From Candidatus Fervidifonticultor quintus (GTDB lineage Bacteria; Sysuimicrobiota; Sysuimicrobiia; Sysuimicrobiales; Humicultoraceae), in the NCBI GenBank assembly GCA_031459535.1, contig JAVKIJ010000003.1, positions 1 through 64,000 of the forward strand: a stretch of 64,000 nucleotides of DNA, in the 5' to 3' direction. How positions within the stretch are numbered: position 1 is the stretch's first letter; each line of letters begins with the position of its first letter. Positions 48,201 to 58,121 of this stretch are shown piece by piece. The notes beneath the pieces are model-generated. The model was not told the DNA's origin, made no database searches, and saw nothing but the letters and a program-made list of their open reading frames with translations. The position numbers were made by a program, and so were the translations under genes.

Positions 48201-48241
48201 TTGGGACTGACTGAGGGTCAGATGGGGGGTGCGGCGCGATC

Positions 48242-48613
48242 CTACTTCTTGGGCTCCAGGCCGAACGCGAGATACTGCAAGGGGATGTACGACTTCCACT
48301 GGTCAGGTACGTCGGCCTCGGCGAAAATGGCGGTCACCGGGCAGACCGACTCACACGCGCCGCAGTCGATGCACTCGTCCGGATGGATGAACAGTTGGGC
48401 GGTAAGTTGCTCTTTGGTGATCCCCGCACCGGGCACGTGGACCGACTGCCCGCGGGGGACCACGGTCTTGTCCGGCCCGGACCCCGTGGATGGGTCGGGC
48501 ACCACGAAGGCGCCGGCCTCCTCTACGTACTCGTAGATGCAGTCCACCGGGCACACTTCGACGCAGGCTCGGTCTTTGGTCCCGATGCACGGTTCCGCGA
48601 TGATGTATGTCAT
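48242..48613 (-). CDS. Dicluster (7Fe-type) ferredoxin with long insertion
   Basis: MTYIIAEPCIGTKDRACVEVCPVDCIY...LFIHPDECIDCGACESVCPVTAIF. SD GGAGGGG. Confidence 0.9.
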   Translation of the reverse strand: MTYIIAEPCIGTKDRACVEVCPVDCIYEYVEEAGAFVVPDPSTGSGPDKTVVPRGQSVHVPGAGITKEQLTAQLFIHPDECIDCGACESVCPVTAIFAEADVPDQWKSYIPLQYLAFGLEPKK

Positions 48614-48730
48614 CTCTCCCCTCCAGGGGGCGCGATCCGGTGAGTGCCGCCCCTCCACGGGCACCGTACCTCTCCGCCGCTACCCTTGACAACCCGGTGC
48701 AGACCCGATCGTGTTTGAACAGTGCTCGTG

Positions 48731-48759
48731 TTGACAGTATTCAAAAATCAGAACACAAT
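48731..48759 (+). promoter_or_regulatory. Sigma70-type promoter of the GntR gene
   Basis: TTGACA (48731-48736)-N17-CACAAT (48754-48759) in an AT-rich patch, with TTTGAA...TTCAAA inverted half-sites around the -35. Confidence 0.55.
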
Positions 48760-48772
48760 ACTCTCCAGAGTC

Positions 48773-49498
48773 ATGTCCGCGAGCCGAACCGGGACAGACC
48801 TCCCAGCAATCCCCCCACACGTGGCGCCCACCCCGCTGTGGAGCCAGGCTCCGGTGCGCGAGACCGTCGCGGCTGCGGCCTACCGTCTGCTACGGGCGGC
48901 AATCCTGCAAGGCCAGATCGCCGCGGGCCAGCGGATCAACGAGCTGGAGCTGGCTGCGAGCTGGAATGTGAGCCGGACACCAATCCGCGACGCCCTGCGC
49001 CGCCTCGAAGCGGAGGGGCTCGTGCACGCCGTGCCGGGCCGTGGGGTCATGGTGCCCGTGCTCGCCCTGGCCGACGCCGATGAACTGTACGAGCTCCGCG
49101 AGATCCTCGAGGCCAGAGCGGCGAAGCGCGCGGCCGAACAGGGTGGTGGCGATTTGCGCCTGCGGCTCAACGACCTGCTGCGGGCCTTCGGCGCCGCGCT
49201 GAAGCAGAACGATGTGGCCCGGATGAACCAGGTCGACGTTGCCATTCACTCGGCTGTCGCCGAGGCGTCGGGGAGCGGCCGGCTCCAGCGCGCCATCGAG
49301 ACCGTTGCCGGGCAGGTGCACCCGATCCGTCAGTTCAGCTACAGAGTGCGTGGCCGCGGCGCCAAGTCCTTGCGTGAGATGGCGAAGATGGTAGCTGCGA
49401 TTCGCGCCGGCGACCCCGTGCGGGCAGAGACCGCCATGCGGGAGCACATCGCCAGCGTGCGCGCCGACCTACCGGCGATCTTCGCAGCCGCGGAGTAG
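48773..49498 (+). CDS. GntR family transcriptional regulator (FCD)
   Basis: GQRINELELAASWNVSRTPIRDALRRLEAEGLV, ELYELREILE and MREHI. Confidence 0.9.
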   Translation: MSASRTGTDLPAIPPHVAPTPLWSQAPVRETVAAAAYRLLRAAILQGQIAAGQRINELELAASWNVSRTPIRDALRRLEAEGLVHAVPGRGVMVPVLALADADELYELREILEARAAKRAAEQGGGDLRLRLNDLLRAFGAALKQNDVARMNQVDVAIHSAVAEASGSGRLQRAIETVAGQVHPIRQFSYRVRGRGAKSLREMAKMVAAIRAGDPVRAETAMREHIASVRADLPAIFAAAE

Positions 49499-49587
49499 GA
49501 ACAGGCAGCGAGCGCGGAGCCCGCCCCACCCCCGCAGCGGCACAACCCCAGAGCCTGGAGCCGCGCCATCGTGTTGGTCATGGCGAT

Positions 49588-49596
49588 TGCTATAAT
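49588..49596 (+). promoter_or_regulatory. Extended -10 promoter of the htrA-glpX-nagZ-nagA unit
   Basis: TGCTATAAT at 49588-49596, preceded by CGCCAT-N10-ATGGCG at 49564-49585. Confidence 0.6.
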
Positions 49597-49638
49597 GAAA
49601 CACGCCGGACCGGATTCCATGGACAGGAGGCAGCTTCC

Positions 49639-50817
49639 GTGGTGAACGATAGCCAGTTCCAGCGTCCCCGCGCGCGGAGCCGTGGGCTGGCGCTTCTGGG
49701 CATTCTCGTGCTGGGCGGTTTGCTCGGCGGGGTGCTCGCGCCCCGATACGGGCTCGTGCCCCCGTCGTGGTCGGGGGGACTCGCAGCGCCGGTGCAGACG
49801 GGTCCCTCGCCGGGCCCCACCGCACCGGCCGCGCCGTCGGTGGTCGCGACGCCCCGCGTGGTCGAGCGCGAGGAGTCGGTGGTGGTGCGCGTTGTACAGC
49901 AGGTGCGGCCCGCGGTGGTGAACATCAGCGTGCGCGCTCAGGTGTTCACACCCTTCGGCCTGTTTCCCCAGGAGGGCCAGGGGTCCGGGGTGATCGTGCG
50001 TTCCGACGGCCTGATTCTCACCAACAATCACGTCGTCCAGGGCGCCCAGGAGATCACGGTGACCCTGCTGTCGGGCCGCTCGCTGCGCGGCCGCGTGATC
50101 GGTGCCGACCGGTTCTCGGACCTGGCGGTGGTGAGGGTCGAGAGTCCCCAGCCGCTGCCGGTGGCCGAGATGGGCGTATCTGCGGCGTTGCAGGTGGGGC
50201 AACTGGCCATCGCCATCGGCAATCCCTTCGGTCTGGGCAGCACCGTGACCGTCGGCGTGGTGAGCGCGCTCAACCGCAGCATCCAGGCCAGCCCCGACTT
50301 CATCGTGGAGAACCTGATCCAGACCGACGCGGCCATCAACCCCGGCAACAGCGGCGGCGCCCTGCTGGATTCCGGCGGTCGGCTGATCGGCATCAATACC
50401 GCCATCATCCGGGACGCGCAGGGCATCGGGTTTGCCATCCCCATCGACCACGCCCGCGTGGTCATGGAGCACCTGGTCACTCAGGGCCGCGTGGTGCGGC
50501 CTGCGCTGGGTGTGGAGATACGCGGCGAGATCGATCCGGCCACCGCACGCGCCTACAACCTGCCGGTGGACCACGGCGTGGTGATCGTCCCGCAGCCGGG
50601 CAGTCCGGCCGAGCGGGCCGGCATGCGGTCGCAGGACATTATCGTGGCCGTCGACGGCCAGAAGATCAGCACCGTGGGCGACCTGCGGCGTGAGTTGTTC
50701 CGCAAGAAGCCCGGTGACAACGTGAGGGTCGAGGTCGTGCGCGATGGGCGGCGCCTGACCCTCACCGTAGTGCTGACCGAACTGCGCAGCGGCCTTCCCA
50801 GGTGGGTGGTGGCGTGA
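49639..50817 (+). CDS. HtrA/DegP-type serine protease with one PDZ domain
   Basis: N-terminal [31 protein letters not shown] and C-terminal PDZ. Confidence 0.93.
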   Translation: MVNDSQFQRPRARSRGLALLGILVLGGLLGGVLAPRYGLVPPSWSGGLAAPVQTGPSPGPTAPAAPSVVATPRVVEREESVVVRVVQQVRPAVVNISVRAQVFTPFGLFPQEGQGSGVIVRSDGLILTNNHVVQGAQEITVTLLSGRSLRGRVIGADRFSDLAVVRVESPQPLPVAEMGVSAALQVGQLAIAIGNPFGLGSTVTVGVVSALNRSIQASPDFIVENLIQTDAAINPGNSGGALLDSGGRLIGINTAIIRDAQGIGFAIPIDHARVVMEHLVTQGRVVRPALGVEIRGEIDPATARAYNLPVDHGVVIVPQPGSPAERAGMRSQDIIVAVDGQKISTVGDLRRELFRKKPGDNVRVEVVRDGRRLTLTVVLTELRSGLPRWVVA

Positions 50818-51782
50818 TGGATCGCAACCTCGTCTTCGACTTCGTTCGGGTGACCGAGGCGGCGGCCATGGCGGCCGCGCATCACATGGGCCAGGGCGAC
50901 GGCGAGGCCGCCGACCGCGCCGGGGTCGAAGCCATGCGGAAGGAGATGAACGCACTCGATGTGCGCGGGGTGGTCGTCATCGGCGAGGGCGAGCGGGACG
51001 AGGCCCCGATGCTCTACATCGGTGAGGAAGTAGGGGCCGGCGGGCCCGAAGTGGACATCGCCGTTGATCCGCTGGAGGGAACTAACCTGGTGGCCAAGGG
51101 CCTCCCCGGCGCCATCTCAGTGGTCGCGGTGACCGAGCGGGCCGGCCTGCTGCACGCGCCCGACATCTACATGGACAAGCTGATCGTCGGTCCCACGTGC
51201 GCTGGCCAGGTCGACATCCGCAAGCCCGTCGAGGAGAACCTGGCGTCCATGGCCGCGGCGTACCGCCGGGCGGTCGGCGATCTCACCATCATCATTCTCG
51301 ACCGACCCCGGCACGCGGATCTGATCGCCCGGGTGCGGGCCGCGGGCGCGCGTATCAAACTCATCTCCGACGGCGACGTGTCCGCGGCCATCGCGGCCGC
51401 GGTGCGCGGCACCGGCGTCCACGCCGTCATGGGCATCGGCGGGGCGCCTGAGGGCGTGTTGGCCGCCGCGGCCTTGAAGTGCCTCGGCGGCCAGATCCAG
51501 GGCCGCTTCTGGTTCCGCAACGAGGACGAACGCAGACGCGTGCAGTCCATGGGGATCGCCGATCCGGACCGGGTGTTCGACACCATGGATCTGGTCCCGG
51601 GGCAGGACGTGGCGTTCGTCGCGACCGGCATCACGGACGGCGACCTGCTGCGCGGCGTGCGGTTCTTCGGCGGAGGCTCGCGGATGCACTCCCTGGTGAT
51701 GACGCTGCAGACAGGTGAGATCCGGTTCGTCGACGGGATCGTCTTGACCGACCGGAGGAAGGTCGGCGCCATCACCCTGTGA
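50817..51782 (+). CDS. glpX: Class II fructose-1,6-bisphosphatase
   Basis: [43 protein letters not shown] and GGAPEGV. Confidence 0.95.
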   Translation: MDRNLVFDFVRVTEAAAMAAAHHMGQGDGEAADRAGVEAMRKEMNALDVRGVVVIGEGERDEAPMLYIGEEVGAGGPEVDIAVDPLEGTNLVAKGLPGAISVVAVTERAGLLHAPDIYMDKLIVGPTCAGQVDIRKPVEENLASMAAAYRRAVGDLTIIILDRPRHADLIARVRAAGARIKLISDGDVSAAIAAAVRGTGVHAVMGIGGAPEGVLAAAALKCLGGQIQGRFWFRNEDERRRVQSMGIADPDRVFDTMDLVPGQDVAFVATGITDGDLLRGVRFFGGGSRMHSLVMTLQTGEIRFVDGIVLTDRRKVGAITL

Positions 51783-53344
51783 TCCGATCGGGTCGAGCGG
51801 CGCGCCGCGCGGCCGGGCGGCTGTGCCTGGTGGACTTTGACGGTACAGAGCCTTCGGACCGCCTGCAGCATCTGGTCGTCGACCATCACATCGGCGGAGT
51901 CTGCCTGTTCCGTAAGAACGTGGCGTCGGCGGCCCAGGTCGCGGGGCTGACCGCAGCCTTACAGCGCCTGGCCCGCGCGGCCGGCGCGCCGCCGCTGTGG
52001 GTTGCGATTGATCACGAGGGCGGCGCGGTCAGCCGCTTCCCGCCGTCGTCGGAGGTGACCGCTCTGCCCAGCGCCATGGCCCTGGGCGCCTGTGGCGACG
52101 TGGGGCTGGCCATGGCAGCCGGACGTGCCGCCGGTGAAGAGCTACGGGCGATGGGTATCCACTTGAACTTCGCCCCGGTGTTGGACGTCAACAACAACCC
52201 GGCCAATCCCGTCATCGGCGCCCGGTCGTTCGGCGAGTCGCCCGCCCTGGTGGAGGCGATGGGCACCGCGTACATCGCGGGCCTCCAGGCCGCTGGTGTG
52301 GGAGCGACGGCCAAGCACTTCCCGGGCCACGGCGATGTGACGGTGGACTCGCACCTGGCGCTGCCGTGCGTTGACCATGCCGCCGACCGCCTGCATGCCG
52401 TGGAGCTTCCGCCGTTTCGCGCCGCCGCGGCGGCCGGGGTCGCGGCCGTCATGACCGCGCACATCGTCTTCACCGCCCTGGATCCCTCCCGCACCCCGGC
52501 CACCATGTCCGCACCGATCCTCCGCGGGATCCTCCGCGGGCAGTGGGGCTATCGAGGGCTGATCGTCAGCGACTCGCTGGGGATGCGGGCCATCGTGGAC
52601 AACTACGGGATCGGCGAGGCCGCGGTCGCGGCGGTGCAGGCCGGGTGCGACCTGCTGCTGGCCCTGGGCCCGGAGGTCTGGCAGGACCAGATCCTCGAGT
52701 GCGTGGCCCATGCCATCGAGTGCGGAGACATAGGGGCGGAGAGGGTGTCGGCATCGGTGGCGCGACTCGCAGAGGGTGCTGCCCGGTGGGGTGTGGGCGC
52801 GCAGGCGAGGGGGGCTGGCGCCAGGGCCCCGGTCCTTCGCGGGCACGGTGACGTGGCGCGGCGCATCGCCGAGGCCGCAGTCACCGTCGTCCGCAATCGG
52901 GCGGGCACCGTCCCGATTCGCGGGGGCCGCCTGGGGGTGGTGACCGTGGCCCGGACGTCGGCCGAAGGCCCGGCTGCCGCTCTGGCGTCGGCGCTGCGCC
53001 GGTACCATCGGGCGGTAGTCGAGGTCGGCCCCGAAGACGCGGCCGCAGATCTCGATGCGCTCATCGCCGTGACCTGCACCCGTGGCACGTTGCCAGTCGG
53101 CGAGGCGGCGGGCATCCGCGACCTGCACCGGCGGTATGGCGACCGCCTCATCGTGGTGGCTGCCGGCGATCCGTACGACCTGCTGCAGTGTCCCGACGTG
53201 GCGGCCTACGTGGCCACGTACGGCCCGGACGCGCCGAGCATGGACGCCGCGGCGCGGGTGCTGACCGGTCTGATTCCCGCCCGCGGTCGGCTGCCGGTGA
53301 GCCTGCCCGGCTTGCACGCTGCTGGCTCGGGGGTGTCCGCGTGA
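51779..53344 (+). CDS. nagZ: GH3 beta-N-acetylhexosaminidase
   Basis: [28 protein letters not shown] (Asp-His dyad), MTAHI and SDSLGM. Confidence 0.9.
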   Translation: MIRSGRAARRAAGRLCLVDFDGTEPSDRLQHLVVDHHIGGVCLFRKNVASAAQVAGLTAALQRLARAAGAPPLWVAIDHEGGAVSRFPPSSEVTALPSAMALGACGDVGLAMAAGRAAGEELRAMGIHLNFAPVLDVNNNPANPVIGARSFGESPALVEAMGTAYIAGLQAAGVGATAKHFPGHGDVTVDSHLALPCVDHAADRLHAVELPPFRAAAAAGVAAVMTAHIVFTALDPSRTPATMSAPILRGILRGQWGYRGLIVSDSLGMRAIVDNYGIGEAAVAAVQAGCDLLLALGPEVWQDQILECVAHAIECGDIGAERVSASVARLAEGAARWGVGAQARGAGARAPVLRGHGDVARRIAEAAVTVVRNRAGTVPIRGGRLGVVTVARTSAEGPAAALASALRRYHRAVVEVGPEDAAADLDALIAVTCTRGTLPVGEAAGIRDLHRRYGDRLIVVAAGDPYDLLQCPDVAAYVATYGPDAPSMDAAARVLTGLIPARGRLPVSLPGLHAAGSGVSA

Positions 53345-54483
53345 TGCCCGACCTGGTCGTTCAGGCTGACACACTGGTGCTTTCAGACGGGATGCGCGGT
53401 CCGGGCCATGTGACGGTCGCCGGCGGCAGGATTGCCGCGGTGGGCCTCGGCCGGCATCCGCGCCCGGATGTGGACGCAGCCGCAGGGATGCTGGCCCCCG
53501 GCTTCGTGGATCTGCAGATCAACGGTGCGGCGGGTGCCGACTTCCTCTCACCGACCGACAGCGGGCTGCGCGCGGCGCAGGCGTACCTGCTGCGCACCGG
53601 CACCGTCGCCTACCTGCCCACGCTCGTCAGCGCTCCGGAGCCGAGGCTGCGCGCGGCGCTTGACTTCTTCGCCAGCCGCATAAGCAGGCCGGCTGCGCCC
53701 CGCATCCTTGGGGTTCATCTCGAGGGGCCGTTCCTCTCGCCTGCGCGGCCGGGCGCCCACGCCATCCAGCACCTGCGACGCCCGTCGGTGGAGTGGATCG
53801 CCAGGCTCGTCGAGGCGTTTCCCGGGGTCATCCGGGTGGTCACCCTGGCGCCGGAGCTGGACGGCGCCGGTGAGGTGATCGACTACCTGGGAGGCGTGGG
53901 GATCGTGACGGCCGCCGGGCACACCGATGCCACGTATGCCCAGGCCGTCGCGGCATTCGATCGCGGGGTCCGCCTCGCCACGCACGTGTTCAACGCCATG
54001 CGACCTTATCACCACCGGGAGCCAGGCGTCGTGGGCGCAGCGCTGTGCCACCCGGCGGTGACGTGCTCCCTCATTGTGGATCACGTGCACCTGCACCCCG
54101 CGGTGGTCAAGCACGTGCTGGCCCTCAAGGGGCCGGATCGCGTGGCCCTGGTGACTGATGCCATCAGTGCTGCGGGTGCTCCCCCCGGCCAGTTCACGCT
54201 GGGCGAGCGCGTGGTGCGGGTAGCAGACGGCGCGCCGCGCCTGGATGACGGCACGCTGGGCGGCAGTGTGCTCGCCATGGACCAGGCGGTTCGCCACGCG
54301 GCCCGGGCCGCTTCGACAGATGCCGCCGTGCGCATGGCCGCCACAACGCCCGCCCGGCTGCTGGGGCTCTCCATGGGAGAACTGCGCGTGGGCCTTCCGG
54401 CCGACCTCGTGGTTCTGGACCAGGACCTCAGCGTGCGGATCGTCATCGTGGCCGGAGAGATCGCCTACCGCCTCGAGGCGTAG
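53344..54483 (+). CDS. nagA: N-acetylglucosamine-6-phosphate deacetylase
   Basis: PGFVDLQING, HLEGPF, TLAPE, GHT, THVFNAM, VTDA and TLGGS. Confidence 0.92.
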   Translation: MPDLVVQADTLVLSDGMRGPGHVTVAGGRIAAVGLGRHPRPDVDAAAGMLAPGFVDLQINGAAGADFLSPTDSGLRAAQAYLLRTGTVAYLPTLVSAPEPRLRAALDFFASRISRPAAPRILGVHLEGPFLSPARPGAHAIQHLRRPSVEWIARLVEAFPGVIRVVTLAPELDGAGEVIDYLGGVGIVTAAGHTDATYAQAVAAFDRGVRLATHVFNAMRPYHHREPGVVGAALCHPAVTCSLIVDHVHLHPAVVKHVLALKGPDRVALVTDAISAAGAPPGQFTLGERVVRVADGAPRLDDGTLGGSVLAMDQAVRHAARAASTDAAVRMAATTPARLLGLSMGELRVGLPADLVVLDQDLSVRIVIVAGEIAYRLEA

Positions 54484-54545
54484 GCTGGCGTCCCTCTCCC
54501 ACGGGCCCCGGCGTTCGATTATGATGGCAGAGGTGTCTTGCGCGG

Positions 54546-55496
54546 ATGCAGCGGTATCTGGTTCGACGGCTCCTGATCACGATCCCCATTCTGCTCGGCA
54601 TCACGGTGATGAGCTACTTCATCATGACGCTCACGCCCGGTGACCCGGTGCGGATGCTGGTGGATCCCAGCATGAGCGAGGCCGATGTGGAGATCAGGCG
54701 CAGGGCGCTGGGCCTCGACCAACCCGTCTACATCCGGTATGTCAAGTGGCTGAACGAGCTGGCGCACGGCAACCTGGGCTACTCGTTCACCACGGGCGCC
54801 CCGGTGGCTGCCCGGGTTGGTGAGCGCATCATGCCCACCCTCAAGCTCACCGTGACCGCGCTGGCCCTGTCGTACCTCATCGCGGTCCCCGTCGGCGTGC
54901 TGGTCGCGTATCGGCGCTACACCTGGATCGATTATGTGGCCACCTTCCTCGCCTTTCTCGGGATCAGCCTCCCCACGTTCTTCCTGGGCCTGGCCGGCAT
55001 CTATGTCTTCGCGCTACGGGTGCGCTGGCTGCCGGTGGGCGGGACGATGACGCTGGGTGGCGATGGGGGATTCCTCGACGCGGTCCACCACCTGATCTTG
55101 CCCGCGTCGGTGCTGGCCGTGGCCGGCGCCGGCGCCCTGACCCGGTACGTCCGTTCCAGCATGCTGGAGGTCCTGGGCCAGGACTACGTGCGGACGGCCC
55201 GCGCCAAGGGCCTGGTGGAGGCCGTGGTGCTCCGCAAGCACGCCCTGCGCAACGCGCTGATCCCGGTCATCACCCTGGCCGGCCTGCAGTTGCCGGCGCT
55301 GCTGGCCGGCGCCGTGATTACCGAGCAGGTCTTCGAGTGGCCGGGAATGGGCCGGCTGACCATCGAGGCCATCAACCAGCGCGACTACCCCGTGCTGATG
55401 GGGATCACACTGATCACCGCGCTGCTGGTGCTCGCCGGGAATCTTCTAGCCGACCTGACCTACTCACTGGTGGATCCCCGCATCAGGTATGAGTGA
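54546..55496 (+). CDS. Peptide/nickel ABC transporter permease (OppB type)
   Basis: PGDP, LGLDQP, DYVRTARAKG, EQVFEWPGMG, RDYP and DPRIRY. Confidence 0.92.
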   Translation: MQRYLVRRLLITIPILLGITVMSYFIMTLTPGDPVRMLVDPSMSEADVEIRRRALGLDQPVYIRYVKWLNELAHGNLGYSFTTGAPVAARVGERIMPTLKLTVTALALSYLIAVPVGVLVAYRRYTWIDYVATFLAFLGISLPTFFLGLAGIYVFALRVRWLPVGGTMTLGGDGGFLDAVHHLILPASVLAVAGAGALTRYVRSSMLEVLGQDYVRTARAKGLVEAVVLRKHALRNALIPVITLAGLQLPALLAGAVITEQVFEWPGMGRLTIEAINQRDYPVLMGITLITALLVLAGNLLADLTYSLVDPRIRYE

Positions 55497-56373
55497 CAAT
55501 CTGCCGCCGCAGGCCGCGCCTGCGGCCTCGTACTGGCGGCTGTCGCTGCGGCGTTTCCTGCGCCACCGCCTAGCCGTGGTGGGCCTGGCCGCCCTCGCGG
55601 GCATCACCTTCATGGCGGTCGCGGCTCCGGCGCTCTCGCCAGGCAGCCCCACCGCCATCGACGCCTCGGCGTTTCAGGCGCCGCCGTCGCGGGCGCACTG
55701 GCTGGGCACCGACAGCGTGGGCCGCGACGTGGTCAGCCGGCTCATCTACGCCTCCCGGGTGTCGCTGACGGTGGGGGTGATGGCGGTGTCGATGTACGTC
55801 GTGATTGGCACCACCGTGGGGGCCGTGGCCGGGTACTACGGTGGGAAGGTGGACCTGGTGCTGTCCAGGCTGATGGACGTCATGTTGTCGTTCCCGCCGT
55901 TGATCATTATCTTGTTCGCCGTGAGCGTCTTCGGCAGGCCCAGCCTGTGGAACGTCATCATCGTGCTGGGCCTGCTCGGCTGGCCGGCCGTCGCACGCCT
56001 CGTCCGGGGACAGATCCTCTCCCTGCGCCAGCTGGAGTTCGTGGCGGCGGCGCGGGCCGTGGGCGCCTCGGATGGCTCGGTGGTGGTCCGCCACCTGCTG
56101 CCCAACGCCATGGCGCCGGTGCTGGTGGCGGCCACCTTTGGCACGGCGAACGCCATCCTGGTAGAGGCGGCCCTGTCGTTCCTGGGCCTAGGCGTCCAGC
56201 CGCCTACGCCGTCGTGGGGCAACATGCTCACCGACGCCCAGTCCCTCACGGTCCTGGAGCGGATGCCCTGGCTGTGGCTCCCGCCAGGCTTCATGATCCT
56301 GATCTCAGTCCTGACGATCAACTTCGTGGGGGACGGGTTGCGGGATGCGCTGGACCCGGGGTTGAAGTTATAG
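55489..56373 (+). CDS. Peptide/nickel ABC transporter permease (OppC type)
   Basis: HWLGTDSVGRD, EFVAAARAVGA, EAALSFLGLG, PSWGNML and GDGLRDALDP. Confidence 0.92.
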   Translation: MSDNLPPQAAPAASYWRLSLRRFLRHRLAVVGLAALAGITFMAVAAPALSPGSPTAIDASAFQAPPSRAHWLGTDSVGRDVVSRLIYASRVSLTVGVMAVSMYVVIGTTVGAVAGYYGGKVDLVLSRLMDVMLSFPPLIIILFAVSVFGRPSLWNVIIVLGLLGWPAVARLVRGQILSLRQLEFVAAARAVGASDGSVVVRHLLPNAMAPVLVAATFGTANAILVEAALSFLGLGVQPPTPSWGNMLTDAQSLTVLERMPWLWLPPGFMILISVLTINFVGDGLRDALDPGLKL

Positions 56374-56421
56374 TAGAGGCTGTAACCGGAACCGGATGCT
56401 TTCACGATACCAACCAGGGGA

Positions 56422-58044
56422 GTGGTGAGGCGCATGCGCAGGCGCGTGGTGGTGGCTGCGGCCGTGGTGCTCGTGGCCGGATTGCTCTTACCTGCAGGTG
56501 TGTGGGGTGGCCCCAAGTCCGAGCTGGTGGTCGTCTCGGGCATGTGGAGCCCGCCCAACAACTTCAGCCCGATCTTCACCGACAGCTCGTACGGGTACTA
56601 CGTGGTCCGGTTCATGTTCCAGGGCATGGTCGAGGCCAGGCTGGAGAACAACCAGATGAAGTTCTTCCCGGCGCTGGCCCAGAAGTGGGAGATCAGCCCC
56701 GACTACCAGACGTACACGTTCACCCTCCACCCGAGGGCGGCCTGGCACGACGGCAGACCCGTGACCGCCGAGGACGTGCTGTTCACACTGATGACCATCA
56801 GCGACCCGCGCACCCAGACCAACCGTGGCGCTGAGATCGCCACCATCGCCGGGCTCGACGAGCGGGGTAAGCGCGCGGCAGGCGCGCAACTTGGGGTTCG
56901 GATCCTGGGTTCGAAGCAGATCGAGATCAGGACCAAGGGGCCCGTGGATCCCACCATGTTCCTCGAGCGCACCGGCGGCAACGTCTACATCCTGCCCAAG
57001 CACGTCCTGGGCGACGTGCCGCCCGACCAGCTGGCCCGGCACCCCTTCATGCTGAACCCCACGGTGGGGAACGGGCCGTTCAAGTTCGTCCAGTACAAGA
57101 CCGATCAGTTCGTGGAGCTGGTGGCGAACGAGAACTACCACAACGGCGTGCCCAACGTGCGGCGCGTCTTCGTCCGCATCATCCCGCCGACCACCATGGT
57201 GGCGCAGCTCGAGCGGGCCGACATGGATCTCAGCGCGGGGTTCGGGATCGGCGAGATCCCCATCGAGGACTGGGACCGCGTGAAGGGCATGCCCCACATC
57301 CGCGCCGTGACCTTCGCCGGTCCGGGGTACCAGTACATGCTGTTCAACTTCCGGAGGTCGTACCTGCAGGACAAGCGGGTCCGCCGGGCCATGGCGCATG
57401 CCATCAACAGGCAGCTCATCGTCAATCAGCTCATCAAGGGCGAGGCGGTGTTGGCCGAGGGGCCCATTCCGCCCCGCAACCCGTACTACAACAAGAACGT
57501 GAAGCCCTGGCCCCATGACACGGCGCGCGCGCGCCAGTTGCTGACCGAGGCGGGATGGGATTTCAACCGGACCCTCCTGCTGCGGGTGCCGGTGGGCAAC
57601 ATCATCCGCGAGCGCTCGGCCGACATCATCAGGGAGAACCTGCTCGCGGCCGGGGTCAAGGTGGAGATCCAGAAGTCCGACTTCCCGACCCACATCGCCG
57701 CGCTCCAGCAGGCCAACTACGACATCGCCCTGCTGGGGTGGGCCGGCCCCACCGACCCGGACGTCTCGTCCCAGTATCGCACCGGGGGTCAGTACAATTA
57801 TAGCTATCATTCCATTCCGCAGATGGATCAGCTTCTCGACGAGGGCGTGAAGGTCTCCGATCCTCAGAAGCGGCGACAGGTGTACGATCGGTTCCAGGAA
57901 CTGTTCGCTGACGAGTTGCCCATCCTGGTGCTCTACTATCCCAACGCACGCAACGCCATCGCCAAGCGCATGAGCAACGTGCTGGAGGACGCTGCCGGGT
58001 TGTACGACTTCCGGCCCTACACGTGGGTCGCCGGCGTGCAGTAG
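56422..58044 (+). CDS. ABC transporter solute-binding protein, family 5 (OppA/AppA-like)
   Basis: Signal peptide, LAQKWEIS...WHDGRPVTAEDV, VGNGPFKF and DKRVRRAM. Confidence 0.9.
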   Translation: MVRRMRRRVVVAAAVVLVAGLLLPAGVWGGPKSELVVVSGMWSPPNNFSPIFTDSSYGYYVVRFMFQGMVEARLENNQMKFFPALAQKWEISPDYQTYTFTLHPRAAWHDGRPVTAEDVLFTLMTISDPRTQTNRGAEIATIAGLDERGKRAAGAQLGVRILGSKQIEIRTKGPVDPTMFLERTGGNVYILPKHVLGDVPPDQLARHPFMLNPTVGNGPFKFVQYKTDQFVELVANENYHNGVPNVRRVFVRIIPPTTMVAQLERADMDLSAGFGIGEIPIEDWDRVKGMPHIRAVTFAGPGYQYMLFNFRRSYLQDKRVRRAMAHAINRQLIVNQLIKGEAVLAEGPIPPRNPYYNKNVKPWPHDTARARQLLTEAGWDFNRTLLLRVPVGNIIRERSADIIRENLLAAGVKVEIQKSDFPTHIAALQQANYDIALLGWAGPTDPDVSSQYRTGGQYNYSYHSIPQMDQLLDEGVKVSDPQKRRQVYDRFQELFADELPILVLYYPNARNAIAKRMSNVLEDAAGLYDFRPYTWVAGVQ

Positions 58045-58059
58045 TCCCACCAAGAACAC

Positions 58060-58088
58060 GGGGGCGGGGATGATCACTCCCCGCCCCT
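58060..58088 (+). terminator. 11-bp hairpin after the SBP gene (terminator or mRNA stabiliser)
   Basis: GGGGGCGGGGA-tgatcac-TCCCCGCCCCC followed by TT. Confidence 0.55.
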
Positions 58089-58121
58089 TCCAATGCTCCC
58101 CAGCGAAGCAGGAGGGCGCCG

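Noticed and set aside
52516..52540. 12-bp tandem duplication GATCCTCCGCGG in nagZ
   Set aside because: In frame (ILRGILRG) and consistent with the normal helix at this position. No evidence of phase variation.
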